The notes: generated by a model not told the origin, from the sequence alone. 64,000 bases of DNA from Amphiscolops sp. MND2022 (GCA_964187785.1 OZ076413.1:45262001-45326000), one strand, 5' to 3'. Counted from the stretch's first letter, positions 1 through 11,345 are shown. Made by a program: numbers and translations.

Positions 1-627
1 GATCAATATGTTGAATTGATTGACTACCTTCGCGCTAAGTACTCTGGTGGACTCGAAGTTACAGAAGAGGCTAAGGACCTCATAGATTTCCTGATGAACC
101 TTGATTTCCTGCAAACACGAGAGCATCTCCTCCATTTATTCAAGTTGTGTTGCCTTTGCATTACTACAGTGGGTCCTGAATTTCCAGTTGTAAAAGTGGG
201 CAGAGTTGATACTTCCGGACAACGGGGTCGCTTCATTGACGTCATTCTCCCCATCCAGAGCTATTTGATCGGGGTTCCTGGCTCTGTAGCAAGGTGTACG
301 AGCGAGTCTAACCTCACCAATTTCTCCCTTCTTTCTGCCTCTTTTGGGTCATCTGCTTTTTCGCCTACTTATGATCCTTGGGAGACAGTTGATGTCTTTG
401 GGCGGACGAAGATATACAAGTCGCTTCTATCCTCTTATCGTTCCGCAGTCTCAGAGTCTTCAGTTGGGTCTGCTCAAGTGGAAGCCAATGATACGTCTTC
501 AGTCCTGGATGATGCGGCATTGAAGGTGCCCAGTAGCAGTAAACGCAAACGGACTGAGAAGAGAGCTGCTCGTTCCCGTTCCTCATCCGTCTTCAGCGAG
601 TCTATGTCCAGTTCTTCTAATGCTTAA
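1..627 (+). CDS. 3' end of the antisense accessory ORF of element A (homologous to the antisense gene of element B)
   Basis: Frame is open from base 1 to TAA at 625-627 and converges on the pol end at 869. Aligns by eye with ORF 53714-54631 (DLIDFL/DVFKFL, IQSYL/VQSFV, YDPWETVD/FDPFVDIS, IYKSLLSSY/VFESLFRCY). Confidence 0.8.
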   Translation, partial: DQYVELIDYLRAKYSGGLEVTEEAKDLIDFLMNLDFLQTREHLLHLFKLCCLCITTVGPEFPVVKVGRVDTSGQRGRFIDVILPIQSYLIGVPGSVARCTSESNLTNFSLLSASFGSSAFSPTYDPWETVDVFGRTKIYKSLLSSYRSAVSESSVGSAQVEANDTSSVLDDAALKVPSSSKRKRTEKRAARSRSSSVFSESMSSSSNA

Positions 628-868
628 GTGTACATATGTATTTATGTACAATTTGAAACTGTAGTCTTTGTTGATTTTCTGATTCTATGTTTGTTTGTTA
701 TGATTTCATTTCTGTGCCCCTATATTATTTACTTGCAAAGGGGTCTATTTTGTGTCCCGATATTTATTCAAACGTATCCACATGGGACTTTGGGAAAAAA
801 GAGAAAAAAGATAAAAGAAAAGAAAAGGTAAACCCAAGGCTTGTCCTCTGGGCTGAATTTAATCTCTT

Positions 869-2771
869 CTAATATCTAAAGTCTTCTGAGTAGTTGGGGT
901 TAGGATTGGGCCTGAGATTATATTTCCCTCCTCTAGGGCTCAGGCTTTCATTTTTAGCATCATTTTCAGATATTTCGGGCACGATAATATCATCCCCCCT
1001 TTTCGGAGAATTTTGTGCATCGCTTTTGGTTCTAAAATTTTCATGGGGTAGAATTTCCTCGTCTTTTTGGCTGTCTGCCATATCCGGCAAAGATTTTTCA
1101 TGAGTTTCCGGGGAAATGGCCGGATTCGGCCAATCAAGTTCTTCATTTCTAGACTGTTCTTTAGTTGCATTTCTTGTAGTGACGTCATCAATTAATCGTT
1201 TATTCCGCCTATGCGACGCACGATCGGCAAGATTTGATTCGTCACTCGTAATTACATAATCCATTTCATTCTCGCTTGCGTCACCTGTATTTGCTTCTGC
1301 CGTACTCGGCTGTTCGTCATTCGTCAAGCTGGCCGGAATAGGCGTGCTGCCTCGTGTATCTAGCTGTTCGCCAAAGTTTGTTTCCCACGTTATTACATAC
1401 AAGTCGTCTTGCGGAATGATTATTTCGTCATCCGGCTGTAGACGCTATACTCGGAAATTGTCCTCAAGTGGCTGATTTGGAACAAACTTTTTGAGACGAA
1501 TTCGATGCAAAATCTGTGTTTTATTTGTATTAAGCCTGCGGATAATGTAGTTCTCATTAGGTAAAGTCTTCTGGACTATAAATGGTCCAACCCAACGATA
1601 ATCCCTGAATGGAATTTTTGATCTTGATGATCCGCTTTCGGCTGTAATACAAAACAGTAATCGCCCTCTTTGAGTGGGGCGGCTTTTGCTTTTCGGTCGT
1701 AATACTCCTTATATTTGATATATGACTGCATGATGTTCTGTTTTGTTTTGTCAATAAGGAGTTTGGTCCGGTTCTGGATTTCTTCTGCGAATTCAGTAGT
1801 CGGATGGATTGGCTCATTTGGATTCATTCCAAGTTTGTGATCCAAGATGTTGTATGGGATTCTCCCGTGGAACACTCTTGTGGGTTCGCATCCGATACTG
1901 GCATGATAACTAGTGTTATGATTGAGAACTGCTAAAGGCAAATATTTATGCCATTGTCGGCGATATTCCCCACATGCCATTTTCAGGTTCGTTTTCAATG
2001 AGGCATGCGTTCGCTCTAATTTCCCGATAGTTTGCGGGTGTTTCGTCGTTGCACATTTTAGGGTAATGCCTAAAATCTGTGTAATTTCCGCAATAATCGT
2101 AGAAGTGAATGCAGTTCCTTTGTCCGTAATGAGCGTCGTCGGTAGGTAAGAATGTTTGGTCATGATATCAATGATTGCTTTACATTGATCGCTGATGCAT
2201 CCGTAAGAGGATAAGCAAACAAGTATCGAGAGAAGACATCAATTGCAGTTAAAATATTTTCGTATCCGCCACTTGGGGGAAGATTCGGCAATAAGTCGAT
2301 TTGCATGGCGTCTTCGGGTCCAAGGTCCCATTCCGGCAAGTTGAGTAGTTCAGGCGTGATTGTTGCGTTTGGGACTCGTTTGTCCTTTGCACATTGTTCA
2401 CACCCTTCTACCCACTTTTTGACATGTTTTGCCATGTTAGGGTAATAATACCTTTGTCTGATTTCCTGCAACATTTTTGAAATCCCGGGATATTTATGCG
2501 CTGTCCCGTGAAGGGAGTGGAGCAGTTCCCGAAGTAGGTGCTGTGGGAGCAAAATTTGATGGTATTTAACATTCCCTGCTTCATCAAAATATTGCCTTGT
2601 CAGGATTTCGTCCTTTAGTACAATTCGTTCCAGATTATTTGCATAATGTCTATATCGGGCATCCTGTTGCAGTATGTTTTCTGAATAATCTTCATGAAGG
2701 AGCTTTGCCTTCAACTGTTGCAATACTGCATCTTTGGACTGCTCGATGATTATCTGGTTTGTTTTCTTTAA
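869..2771 (-). pseudogene. pol: Integrase region of element A pol (HHCC zinc finger, DDE core, long C-terminal tail), frameshifted
   Basis: ORFs 2160-2723, 1576-2163 and 869-1402: HSLHGTAH..CEQC, IDLL, TDKG, LERTH. Same frame as upstream pol across a single TGA at 2772-2774; frameshifts near 2162, 1620 and 1445. Confidence 0.92.
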
Positions 2772-5700
2772 TCAGACTTGAATGTCTGGTTGTTGTTTGA
2801 CCAGATTGGTTGAGAGAGTTTCTATGGTAACAGTGGGCTCGTCAATTGCTGGATTTTTCCTGATTGCTTCTTTTCTTGCCCAAAACTGTTCTTCTGTTTC
2901 GTCGTCGTCATTCGTATAGAATATTTGTTCTTCCTGTGATACCCCCGCAGATTGGACATTTATCTCAATGGGTAAAGTTTGCACGTCCTCGCGGATTTTC
3001 ATGACTAATTTATCCTTCGGATCTGCTTCCAATCGGGACAAATAGTCAGCTGCTGTGTTCTGTGCCCCCGGGATATGTGCTATGACAAAATTGAACTGAA
3101 TCACATAATCACATGCATTCCATAGGGCTGGGGGTATTATTTTCGTTTGGAAAAATCTCGTCACAGCTTTGTTGTCTGTGAGAATAATGACCGGTTTGGG
3201 TGCACCCCAGAATATATGTCCAAATTCTTTGAATGCAAAATAAATTGCAAGAAACTCTTTGGCATATATTGACATCTTGATCTGGGCTGGGGTGAAGGTT
3301 TTAGAGCCATATGCCACCGGTGCATAGGATTTTCGAAGGGAAGTAAATTTCTGGTTCGGATCGTCTTCTATCAGTACTGCGTATCCTGCTGCACCAAAAC
3401 TTGCATCTGTCATTAATGCAATTTGCTTATTCGGGATGGGTTGTTGTAGGGCCAAGTCGCAACATTTGTCTAGTGCTTTATTGATTTCTTCGAATTGTTG
3501 GACTAATTCTTTCGATACTAGGACCTTTTCGTCACTTTTTAGCATCTTGTAGAATGGAGCAAGGCGTTCGGAGAGTCTTGGGACATAATTCCTGTAGTAG
3601 TTTAGGAATCCCAAATATCGTTGTAAAGCCTTTTTCGACTTCGGGAATTTGGTCTTTTCCAGAAAGTTTTGCACGTTCTGTTTCTGGGGTTTGACGCCTT
3701 GCGGGGTAATAGTCCGTCCGAGAAAATCAATTTCTTTGGCACCAAAGGGACATTTGTGCATTGTCAATTTAAGGCCTGCTTCCTGAATGCATTTGAATGT
3801 AGCTCTCAGGTTAGCTATGAGGTGGTCAGTGTCGTTTGCTGCGATGCCTATATCGTCCACGTACTGGGCACACTGATCCGCTTTGATGACTTTGTCGAGG
3901 TATTCTCTCATAAAACTCGAGAATGCGGATAGTGACCGGCTAAGGCCTTGTGCCAAACGTCTGTAGGCGAATGTGCGACTGGCAAAATTGAAAGCCAACA
4001 TTTCGATTGAACGTTGGTCAGCCATTGGTAGGCAGTGGTATGCCTGCGAACAGTCTAATTTACAGAATAGTTTTTTGCCTGCCAAATGTTGGGCGGCATC
4101 GACCAAGGTGCTAACAGGGTGATTATTGTTTATATAATCATCCGAGATGAGGTTGTTGATTTTTCTCAAGTCAACCAAGAGTCGTAGCTTCCCATTTGGT
4201 TTCTTTTGGGCGAATATTGGGCTTGCATACTTTGAGAACGGTAGAGTGGTGATGATGCCATATTTGTGTAACATGGCTAATTCGACTAGGATGTCTTCCT
4301 TCAAGTTGATAGGAGCTGGAAGACTTTGACTATAGGCTGGGGAATCGTCTTTAGGTGTCAGTTTCACCTTGAAGTCCTCGTTCATGCCTATATCGAATCG
4401 GTGTCGTGCAAAGATGTCGTGGAATTCCACTAACAATTCTTCTATTTTCTCCTTCTCTTCAGGAGTAAGGGTGGAATCTTTCCAATCAAAATTTTCTAAG
4501 AATTTTGTACGTGATTCTTCGTCTTTGGTGGGGTCAAGTGTCTCTAGGTCCTGTAAGGCCTGTAATTCTTGAAGGATTCGTTTTTGTATGGGCGTATGTT
4601 CCTCAGGGTTTCCAGGATTTTCTGGAGTTGGGAACCAATAGTTTTCAGTGTTTTGTGGATTTCTATTAGTTTTGATGAGACTGCTGACATAGTGGGCTGC
4701 CTGCTCTTGGTCATTTTGTAAAAGATGCCAGGTTGATGCCGGGTCTACCGGTTTGACGTATTTCATTTGTTCTGGCGTCATAACTGAGAAACTAGCAATG
4801 TGGAGTCCCTTTTTAAGTTTATAAGGGTGATCTGTGAAGTTATTCACTGGTATCATTATATTGCCGTCATTCAAGGTGACCAAGGCTGGACAGAATGTGA
4901 TATCGCCTTCTTCATGGAGAAGGTCGCTTGGTTGTAAGATCCCTGTGACCGTGTTTTCAGGGTACAATAGGGAATTAGTCCTAATTAGGACTCTGTCATT
5001 TGGCGGGATTGTGATTTCGGTAGGGTTCAAAATTGGCTCTAGTACATTTGAGTATTTATGGTCAGCTGTTTTGAGCTGCATCGAAAAAAACGGAAAGTTC
5101 AGTATTCCTTGCCTCATGTCCAGAACTGTATGATTTCGCTGGAGGAACATTAGTCCTATGATTGGTCCTGTCAGATGTTCCATTACTATGAAAATTTCAT
5201 GGAACTCAATGTCACCAACTTCAAATTTGAGCTCTATGGTGCTCTTGGGAGTTTCCAATTGTCCATTTGCGACCATTATTTGGAAGTTCGGAGGCGGACC
5301 CTCTCGGATAACTGATTGTGGTGAGAGGAGTCTAATTTTCCGGAGGTCCATTTCGGGGATTGCACTGGATAAGGCACCAGTGTCGATGAGTCCGTCAATG
5401 GTCAATTCCCCAAAGTCCATAGGGAAATAGAGCATGCGTTTCTTGCATTTCAAGTTTATGTTGGTAGATAGGGGTATACAGTCTGGTTCACCTTCTCTGG
5501 TAATAAGGATGTTTTGGAACTGACTTTCGTCAAGTAGTGACTGTGGTATTGTTTCTTCTGGTTTGTCTGAGGTCTCGGTCCCTAAGGGGTTTGGGAACAC
5601 CGGATGGCTTGTACCATCATTCATCTGCCATGTTTCAATCAATGCTCTGGTTTTCTTGTTATGGGTGATTGGTGGATTGTCATGAACTGATCTGTTATAG

Positions 5701-6071
5701 AGTTCTATATCATCAATAACGTATTGGAATTGCAGCAAATCCTGGTTGTAAAGTTCGGTATCCCAATAGGGATCTCGTCCATAGTCAGGATCTATGTAGG
5801 TAGGGTTGTAGTTGTCTACCAAAGGAATGGGCCTGAATCGGCTATTGAAAGCAGATGTGTAATCAGGGTCCCATACAGGAATTGGTTTTTGAAACAAATG
5901 GGTATTATTATAGGTAATAATGGTAGCTTTTTCCATCTGCTGCTGCCAGACAACAGAAGGATAGCCCATCAATTGTTGATTGTATTGGTGGAAAGTTTGC
6001 GTTGGAGGGTCCGATCTGATGTATTGTCGGACAGATATTAGTTGGTTGTATTGGAGTCGTGGCAAAGTTAG
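2772..6071 (-). CDS. pol: Element A Pol: aspartic protease, dUTPase-like domain, reverse transcriptase, RNase H
   Basis: 1097-aa ORF with LIDTGA (protease), KLDCSQAY / LAQGL / YVDD (RT), TDAS..E..TDNK..ADYLSR (RNase H). Confidence 0.96.
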   Translation of the reverse strand, partial: LTLPRLQYNQLISVRQYIRSDPPTQTFHQYNQQLMGYPSVVWQQQMEKATIITYNNTHLFQKPIPVWDPDYTSAFNSRFRPIPLVDNYNPTYIDPDYGRDPYWDTELYNQDLLQFQYVIDDIELYNRSVHDNPPITHNKKTRALIETWQMNDGTSHPVFPNPLGTETSDKPEETIPQSLLDESQFQNILITREGEPDCIPLSTNINLKCKKRMLYFPMDFGELTIDGLIDTGALSSAIPEMDLRKIRLLSPQSVIREGPPPNFQIMVANGQLETPKSTIELKFEVGDIEFHEIFIVMEHLTGPIIGLMFLQRNHTVLDMRQGILNFPFFSMQLKTADHKYSNVLEPILNPTEITIPPNDRVLIRTNSLLYPENTVTGILQPSDLLHEEGDITFCPALVTLNDGNIMIPVNNFTDHPYKLKKGLHIASFSVMTPEQMKYVKPVDPASTWHLLQNDQEQAAHYVSSLIKTNRNPQNTENYWFPTPENPGNPEEHTPIQKRILQELQALQDLETLDPTKDEESRTKFLENFDWKDSTLTPEEKEKIEELLVEFHDIFARHRFDIGMNEDFKVKLTPKDDSPAYSQSLPAPINLKEDILVELAMLHKYGIITTLPFSKYASPIFAQKKPNGKLRLLVDLRKINNLISDDYINNNHPVSTLVDAAQHLAGKKLFCKLDCSQAYHCLPMADQRSIEMLAFNFASRTFAYRRLAQGLSRSLSAFSSFMREYLDKVIKADQCAQYVDDIGIAANDTDHLIANLRATFKCIQEAGLKLTMHKCPFGAKEIDFLGRTITPQGVKPQKQNVQNFLEKTKFPKSKKALQRYLGFLNYYRNYVPRLSERLAPFYKMLKSDEKVLVSKELVQQFEEINKALDKCCDLALQQPIPNKQIALMTDASFGAAGYAVLIEDDPNQKFTSLRKSYAPVAYGSKTFTPAQIKMSIYAKEFLAIYFAFKEFGHIFWGAPKPVIILTDNKAVTRFFQTKIIPPALWNACDYVIQFNFVIAHIPGAQNTAADYLSRLEADPKDKLVMKIREDVQTLPIEINVQSAGVSQEEQIFYTNDDDETEEQFWARKEAIRKNPAIDEPTVTIETLSTNLVKQQPDIQV

Positions 6072-7788
6072 TTTTTTGACTCATCATTGGAAAATGAGGT
6101 CTGTGGGGTGGAAGATGTCGATTTGTTTTGTGGTTTCTGCGCCTTTGAATTGGGTTTACCGTCATTAGCGTCATCTGGTCTGGTGCGTTTGGGTTTGAGA
6201 TGCGCACCAGCACCTTGCCAACATCTTTCTTCCGGGTGGTTCTTTTTACCACAAGTGCCGCACTCCGGATAGGTCTTTTTCTGAGTCTGTTTGCCTTGTT
6301 GGGCATCTTTTTCCTTTTTCTTCTTCAATTTCTCGCAATCCTTGACCATATGGCCCTTTTCTTTGCAATAATTGCACGTTATATCACTCATCTGTACATT
6401 GGAAGGAACAGTTTTTGTCTTGCCAACCGAAGATGTCATTGACGCTATGGGTAGGTCGTCAGACTCCTCGAGTGCATTCAGTTCCAGTTCTCTTTCTAGA
6501 TGAGCGACGATTTCATCGTAAGAGCCATTCTCTAGTCTAGCCATGTTGACTGATCTTTTGAGCTTTGGTGGCAGTTTTGCGTATAGGAGACTGTCGATCA
6601 TTTTTGGGCATTGTCTCCAAAGGCTTTTTCTGCTCCTTGGTTAAGTTCTTCAAGAAAGTCTGGCAATTTGGTCGTGTTAGGGTCAAAGACTAGGCGATGC
6701 CATTTGTGTTTTGCAGTTGCCTGAGATTCAGGTTTGACGTACTTTCGTCTGAAAATGACAAGTACATCCTCAAGAGTTTGTCTATTGGCGTTGCTGATGT
6801 TTCTGAATGTTTGGAGTGCATTCTTTCGCAGCAAGGAATGGAAGTGATTGATTTTCATTTGTTCGGTCATCTCAGGCTGCATCTTGATCATCGTATGGAA
6901 TAAATCCTCAAACAGCTCGAACTTCTCACTTTTTCCGTCGAATGTCATTGTGTTGGAGTTGACTGGGCGGATAGTGAGTTGTTGGGCCGTTGTACGGTTC
7001 TGCATACTAGTCAAAACATCTGCTAGCCTGTTGATGGGGTCCTGTTCTGATGCCAGAGCGGGTCGTTCTTGTGCTGGGATCGTCGTGTCGAGCAGCGGAA
7101 GGTCATCACAGGATCTGTTGAGATGACTAGTGGATGGCATTCGTCCTGTGAGAAACTCAGGAACGTCAATTGGAGATTCGTTTTCTCCTGTCACCATGTC
7201 GTAAGCACGGCTGTCCGGTAACGTGAATCCGTCCTTCTGACGATCACCAAGTGTCTTACTCTTCAAGTTGTTTCTAGACTCCACATTACGCAGAACTTCG
7301 GAATATCCTTCCGGTCTCTCAGGTGGAACGTTCCATCTCTCTCTGGTCATATGTCCAGATTCGGTCATAAGGGCATTTTGAATCTGGGGAAGTACTTGAT
7401 TGCTTATAGCCTCACTTATAGCTCTTTGAATCTGAACACTAACGCTATTCATCATCTCATCCATCTCCCGTGATATGCGGGAATTTAATTCACTCGACAA
7501 TCTGTTGATCTCGGCGTTAGAACTATCTCTAACTGAGTTCTGGCCTAGTTCGGCATTCGGATCAGGTCCATCGTTTCTAGAGTTAGACGACCTATTTTCG
7601 TCCTCATTTTCAAATTCGTCATCAAAAAGACTACCTGGTCTTCTGGCCTGGTTACTATTTAAACTTTCACTTCTTTCATTCCTATTGAAATGATTTCCTC
7701 CAAGCATTATGTCTAAGTTCTCAATGTCTGATAACATTTCTGCTTCTCTTGATTTTCTTGCTTTCTTCTGCTTCCTTGTGGTAGGCAT
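6068..7788 (-). CDS. gag: Element A Gag (1-nt frameshift at ~6600; two CCHC-type knuckles)
   Basis: ORFs 6598-7788 and 6068-6601 join as NAQK/MIDSLLYAK, matching element B DAPKFIETSFYAK; CNYCKEKGHMVKDC and CGTCGKKNHPEERC. Confidence 0.92.
6071..6077 (-). promoter_or_regulatory. -1 programmed ribosomal frameshift heptamer A_AAA_AAC at the gag/pol junction
   Basis: Minus strand reads TCA AAA AAC TAA; pol is in the -1 frame and has no ATG at its start. Confidence 0.8.
7185..7196 (-). promoter_or_regulatory. Primer-binding site of element A (TGGTGACAGGAG)
   Basis: TGG directly after the LTR-terminal CA; 11/12 identical to the PBS of element B; cognate tRNA not assigned. Confidence 0.8.
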
Positions 7789-8988
7789 TTAGATAGAAAG
7801 TCCGAGGTAAATATTGAATTATTATTTTCGGAAAATAAGAGTCAACTGTTTGGTACAAACGTATTACACTTGTGTCTTCCTCAGGAGTGAGACTCGTATA
7901 TATACTCTCTGAGGTATGACTTTTACAAAAGGAATTCACAAATAGTTTTCAAGCATTCCAATCGGGACACGGGACTAAGGATTTTAGCGGGAAATTCACT
8001 GCAATCTCCAGTTTTCCGGCTCGATTGGGAAATTCCTAGCATTCTACAATTACAACTGTTTATTCATCAAAGGCGGCATCAAAATATTCACTAGTGTATC
8101 AAGTGGATCTTCTGTCCATCAAAGGAACAAGCACTCATCAGGAATGTAAACAACATTACACACATTCTTTTCAGGCACGTGCCGCCACGTGACCTGAAAT
8201 AAGCTCTGTAATGGTGTGAAGCACATCATGTTATTAGGCCCAATACGGCCAATTATCACGTTAATAATTATATACGTTAATCAACCGATTAGCCCCAAAT
8301 GTATGTACTACTTCACTTTTCAAAGGAATGCAACAACTTCAATGGCCGGAAATAGCCGGTTAACTAATAGGCGAGCACTAATGAAATATGGCCTTGAGGG
8401 CCTAGTAAAAGGTTGAGTATTAAGACGAAGCATCAGTTATGGAAAGAAATCTGGCTATTATGAAAGTACAAATACAACAAACATAACTTGTTTCATGTTA
8501 AATTATCACCTTATTTCAGCTTTGAACGAAAGGGACGAAACCGGCCATTTGACCAGTATATTAAAAGAGAATATTAAAAGCACGGCAACTGGCCTTACTC
8601 GGCCATTAATTAAATAGCATCAACAAGCGAGATTACATACTGCGATATGATTGGCTGAGATAACGTGCTCAAGTGACGCTACCGGCATAGCTCCGTACGT
8701 CACTTGAACACGTTTCCTATACTGTCTTACAGTCGCTATTGCTTGCAATTATCGCATCAATTCTAACTATACAATAACTTGATTTGGATTGCTCCAATTG
8801 TACTACTTTTAACAGACTAATCAATGTAACTGAATTAACAGAAATACAAGAGAGTGTTTTGTTACAAAACGTTAGCATAATAGTTTAAAGATTCCAGCTT
8901 CAGAAAATTGGTAGGGTACCTGGTGCCGTTTCCTGACCTGCGGATGTCGTTGTAATCCTTGTACCGTCACAGGCGGCAGCCTGCGACA
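7197..8988 (-). repeat. 5' LTR of element A (~1.8 kb)
   Basis: Inner boundary fixed by the PBS. Outer boundary inferred from the terminal inverted repeat TGTCGTA...TGCGACA; the partner LTR is outside the window. Confidence 0.65.
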
Positions 8989-10559
8989 CCAACTTTTGCA
9001 AATCATATTAAAAAGATACATTTTCTTGGTTCTCGAACTTTCTTTTTCATAAATTTTACTTACTGGTTTAGGTTGGTTTTCATGCTGCGATGATTTTCTA
9101 ATCAGACTAAAATCAAGCATCAAAATTAGATTGCAGAGTCTACCTGAAACTGTCGAAGACTCCTGATTTGTAGAACTGTAACTTGCTCGATGCCGGCATC
9201 TGGATCGCAACTGGCCCCACATTGTCCAGGGCAATTTCCAAGGCAGCTCTGTCTCCAGGAGCAACGTGCCTTCCAGGGTTGGGTGAATCTCAGGTTACTA
9301 TTTTGTCAAAAACTCGACTTTTCACAAAAAAACTCAATACAGCTAGCCTATCAGTGCTACGTGAACCCTAAACATCACGTGAGGAAAATCTTGAACGCAC
9401 GTAGGGCTTCTTTTCTTCTTCGAAATTATACAATGTAAATCTTTTGGAAGAAAGATTCATTTGAAACTAACCGATAACCGACTCATAAGGATGTTTAATC
9501 CCGAATCGATAGAAATAACTATCATATTAGGAAAACTTTTAATTTCAAGAAAGTGGATGTGAACTATTTTACCAATGACTGACATGATTATTTACCTTTT
9601 TCAGTTACAATTTTATATAACATTGGCCAATATGACTCAATTAGAATTTAAAAAAAACATGAAGTTTAAGTGCATTGTTATATTTTTATCTAGTTACAAC
9701 ATCATTTTAGAAAAAGGAAAAGTAAAAGAACGATCTGAACTAAAAAATACTTTGAGCATTACCATTGCCGCACTTCCTGCTTGATAAGATCTATTACGGA
9801 AGCAGTAAAAAACTCTAAACCAAATTTGTACCATTATACATGTTACACCACAAACATTCTACCAAAGGCTACTGTAACGAAACTCCATTATCGCAGTATC
9901 GCAGACCGGATTATTACAAAGCTCAAATAGACCCTTTTAAAACATCATTCGAGCCGGTTTTGGCTTACCATTCAGCATGTCACCCAAATATCCGCCGAAG
10001 CAGAAATGAGTTATTGAAAAAGACGTCACGCGAACCAGGACGACGAAAAAGGACAGGAAATGCATTTGATTACAAAATGTGCTCAACATAACCATTAGTG
10101 CTGACTAACTAAAGAAAGCCAAATATGTGAGCTCGACTAATTAATACTCAAGGGAGTTCCCAGCTTCCGGGCTGGGCGGACTATTGCCATCTTCTCTGTG
10201 AGGTTTTGTTGTAACCATGTTGTCGTTATTTAGCCATTAGATTCGTTATAAGTGCTCAAGGGCTGCTTTTTGAAAAAAAGTTCTATGTAATCGCTGAAAT
10301 TATTATTCTGTGACATGCACCAAACTTTTGGAGGCCTTTTCTGTGGTGGTCCCAAGACCAAGCAAAATTCCCACACTACGAAGCAGTGAAGACAAAAAAT
10401 GGGCTGCAATGTCGAGCCTGGAGCCCCGGATACTAAGCCTTCGTATCAGTCACTCCTCTCATTAGTATGAATTATACCAGAATACATGAAAAAAAAACAA
10501 TTAATATTGGATTTCTGAGAAATATCAATAACGTAAACGACAATTGTTTCGTGCCTTCG

Positions 10560-11345
10560 GAAAGCATCAAACCGGTAAAAACAGCATTGGATTCCCGGAA
10601 CCTCAATGACAATTGTATGAAAACGACACCACTCATGTCAAACATGGAGGAATTGGTAAATCAAATTCCGGTGCAGATCAACTGGTACCAAAACATAAAG
10701 CTAAATAATTCGAAAATCCATCTAGATTATGAATACGGACTAATGAAATAAACGAAGAAATAAGCCGGCAGTGTGAGAAAGCTCAGTGCTTATCATCGAT
10801 TCAGAAAAAAAAAGTAATACGGACACACCAATATAACCTCGAAAGCCTCAGAAAAAACTACCGAAAACTTGAAAACTGCACCTCTGCCTGGCTAGACAAT
10901 ATATTAGAAGTAACTCTTTGAAGTAAGCAAACATAGGGGAAGAACTACTTAACTTAGGGGACTTAGGGTTGTCCTAAACAAACTGAAGAAAGCCGGAGAC
11001 CGAGCAAGCAAAAGACACTCTGAACTCTTTATAAACAGATTACAGTGACTGGCACACATAAGAGAAGCAATAATTACACCAAATGAAGGCGAAGTGATAT
11101 CAATTATGGAATTGAAACAGTCAGAAACCACAATGCCCTAATTTCGTTCTTTGTGGTCCTTAGGCAAACTTCTCACCAAATCTTCTGAAAAAACAGACCA
11201 AACTAGAATAATGTAGAAACGTTTGAGCCCTGGAAGTGAAGTGAAAGTGAAGATCACAAACATTTTCGTCAAAGAATACAGTTGTTAACCGGAAAACCTT
11301 GCTTTGGACATTACGCGAAAGACGAAGAGAACTTGGTAACTAACC
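10560..11345 (+). pseudogene. Highly degenerate Gypsy-type RT/RNase H relic of a third family
   Basis: VKTALDSRNLN...MSNMEELVNQI...SKIHLDYEYG and AWLDNI (YxDD-equivalent), LNKLKKAG; many stops and frameshifts. Confidence 0.7.

Larger units (their letters stand above)
1..8988 (-). mobile_element. Ty3/Gypsy LTR retrotransposon A (partial; 3' part and 3' LTR lie beyond the left window edge)
   Basis: Minus-strand gag (CCHC knuckles) followed by PR-RT-RH-IN in Gypsy order; PBS at 7185-7196 next to an LTR bounded by TGTCG...CGACA; a few frameshifts and stops. Confidence 0.95.

Noticed and set aside
2772..2774. In-frame TGA before integrase as programmed readthrough
   Set aside because: Compatible with CGA-to-TGA decay in a copy that has other lesions; no supporting signal seen
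6598..6601. ATGA stop-start overlap within gag as programmed reinitiation
   Set aside because: Element B is continuous across the homologous position; a 1-nt loss in an A-run is the simpler explanation
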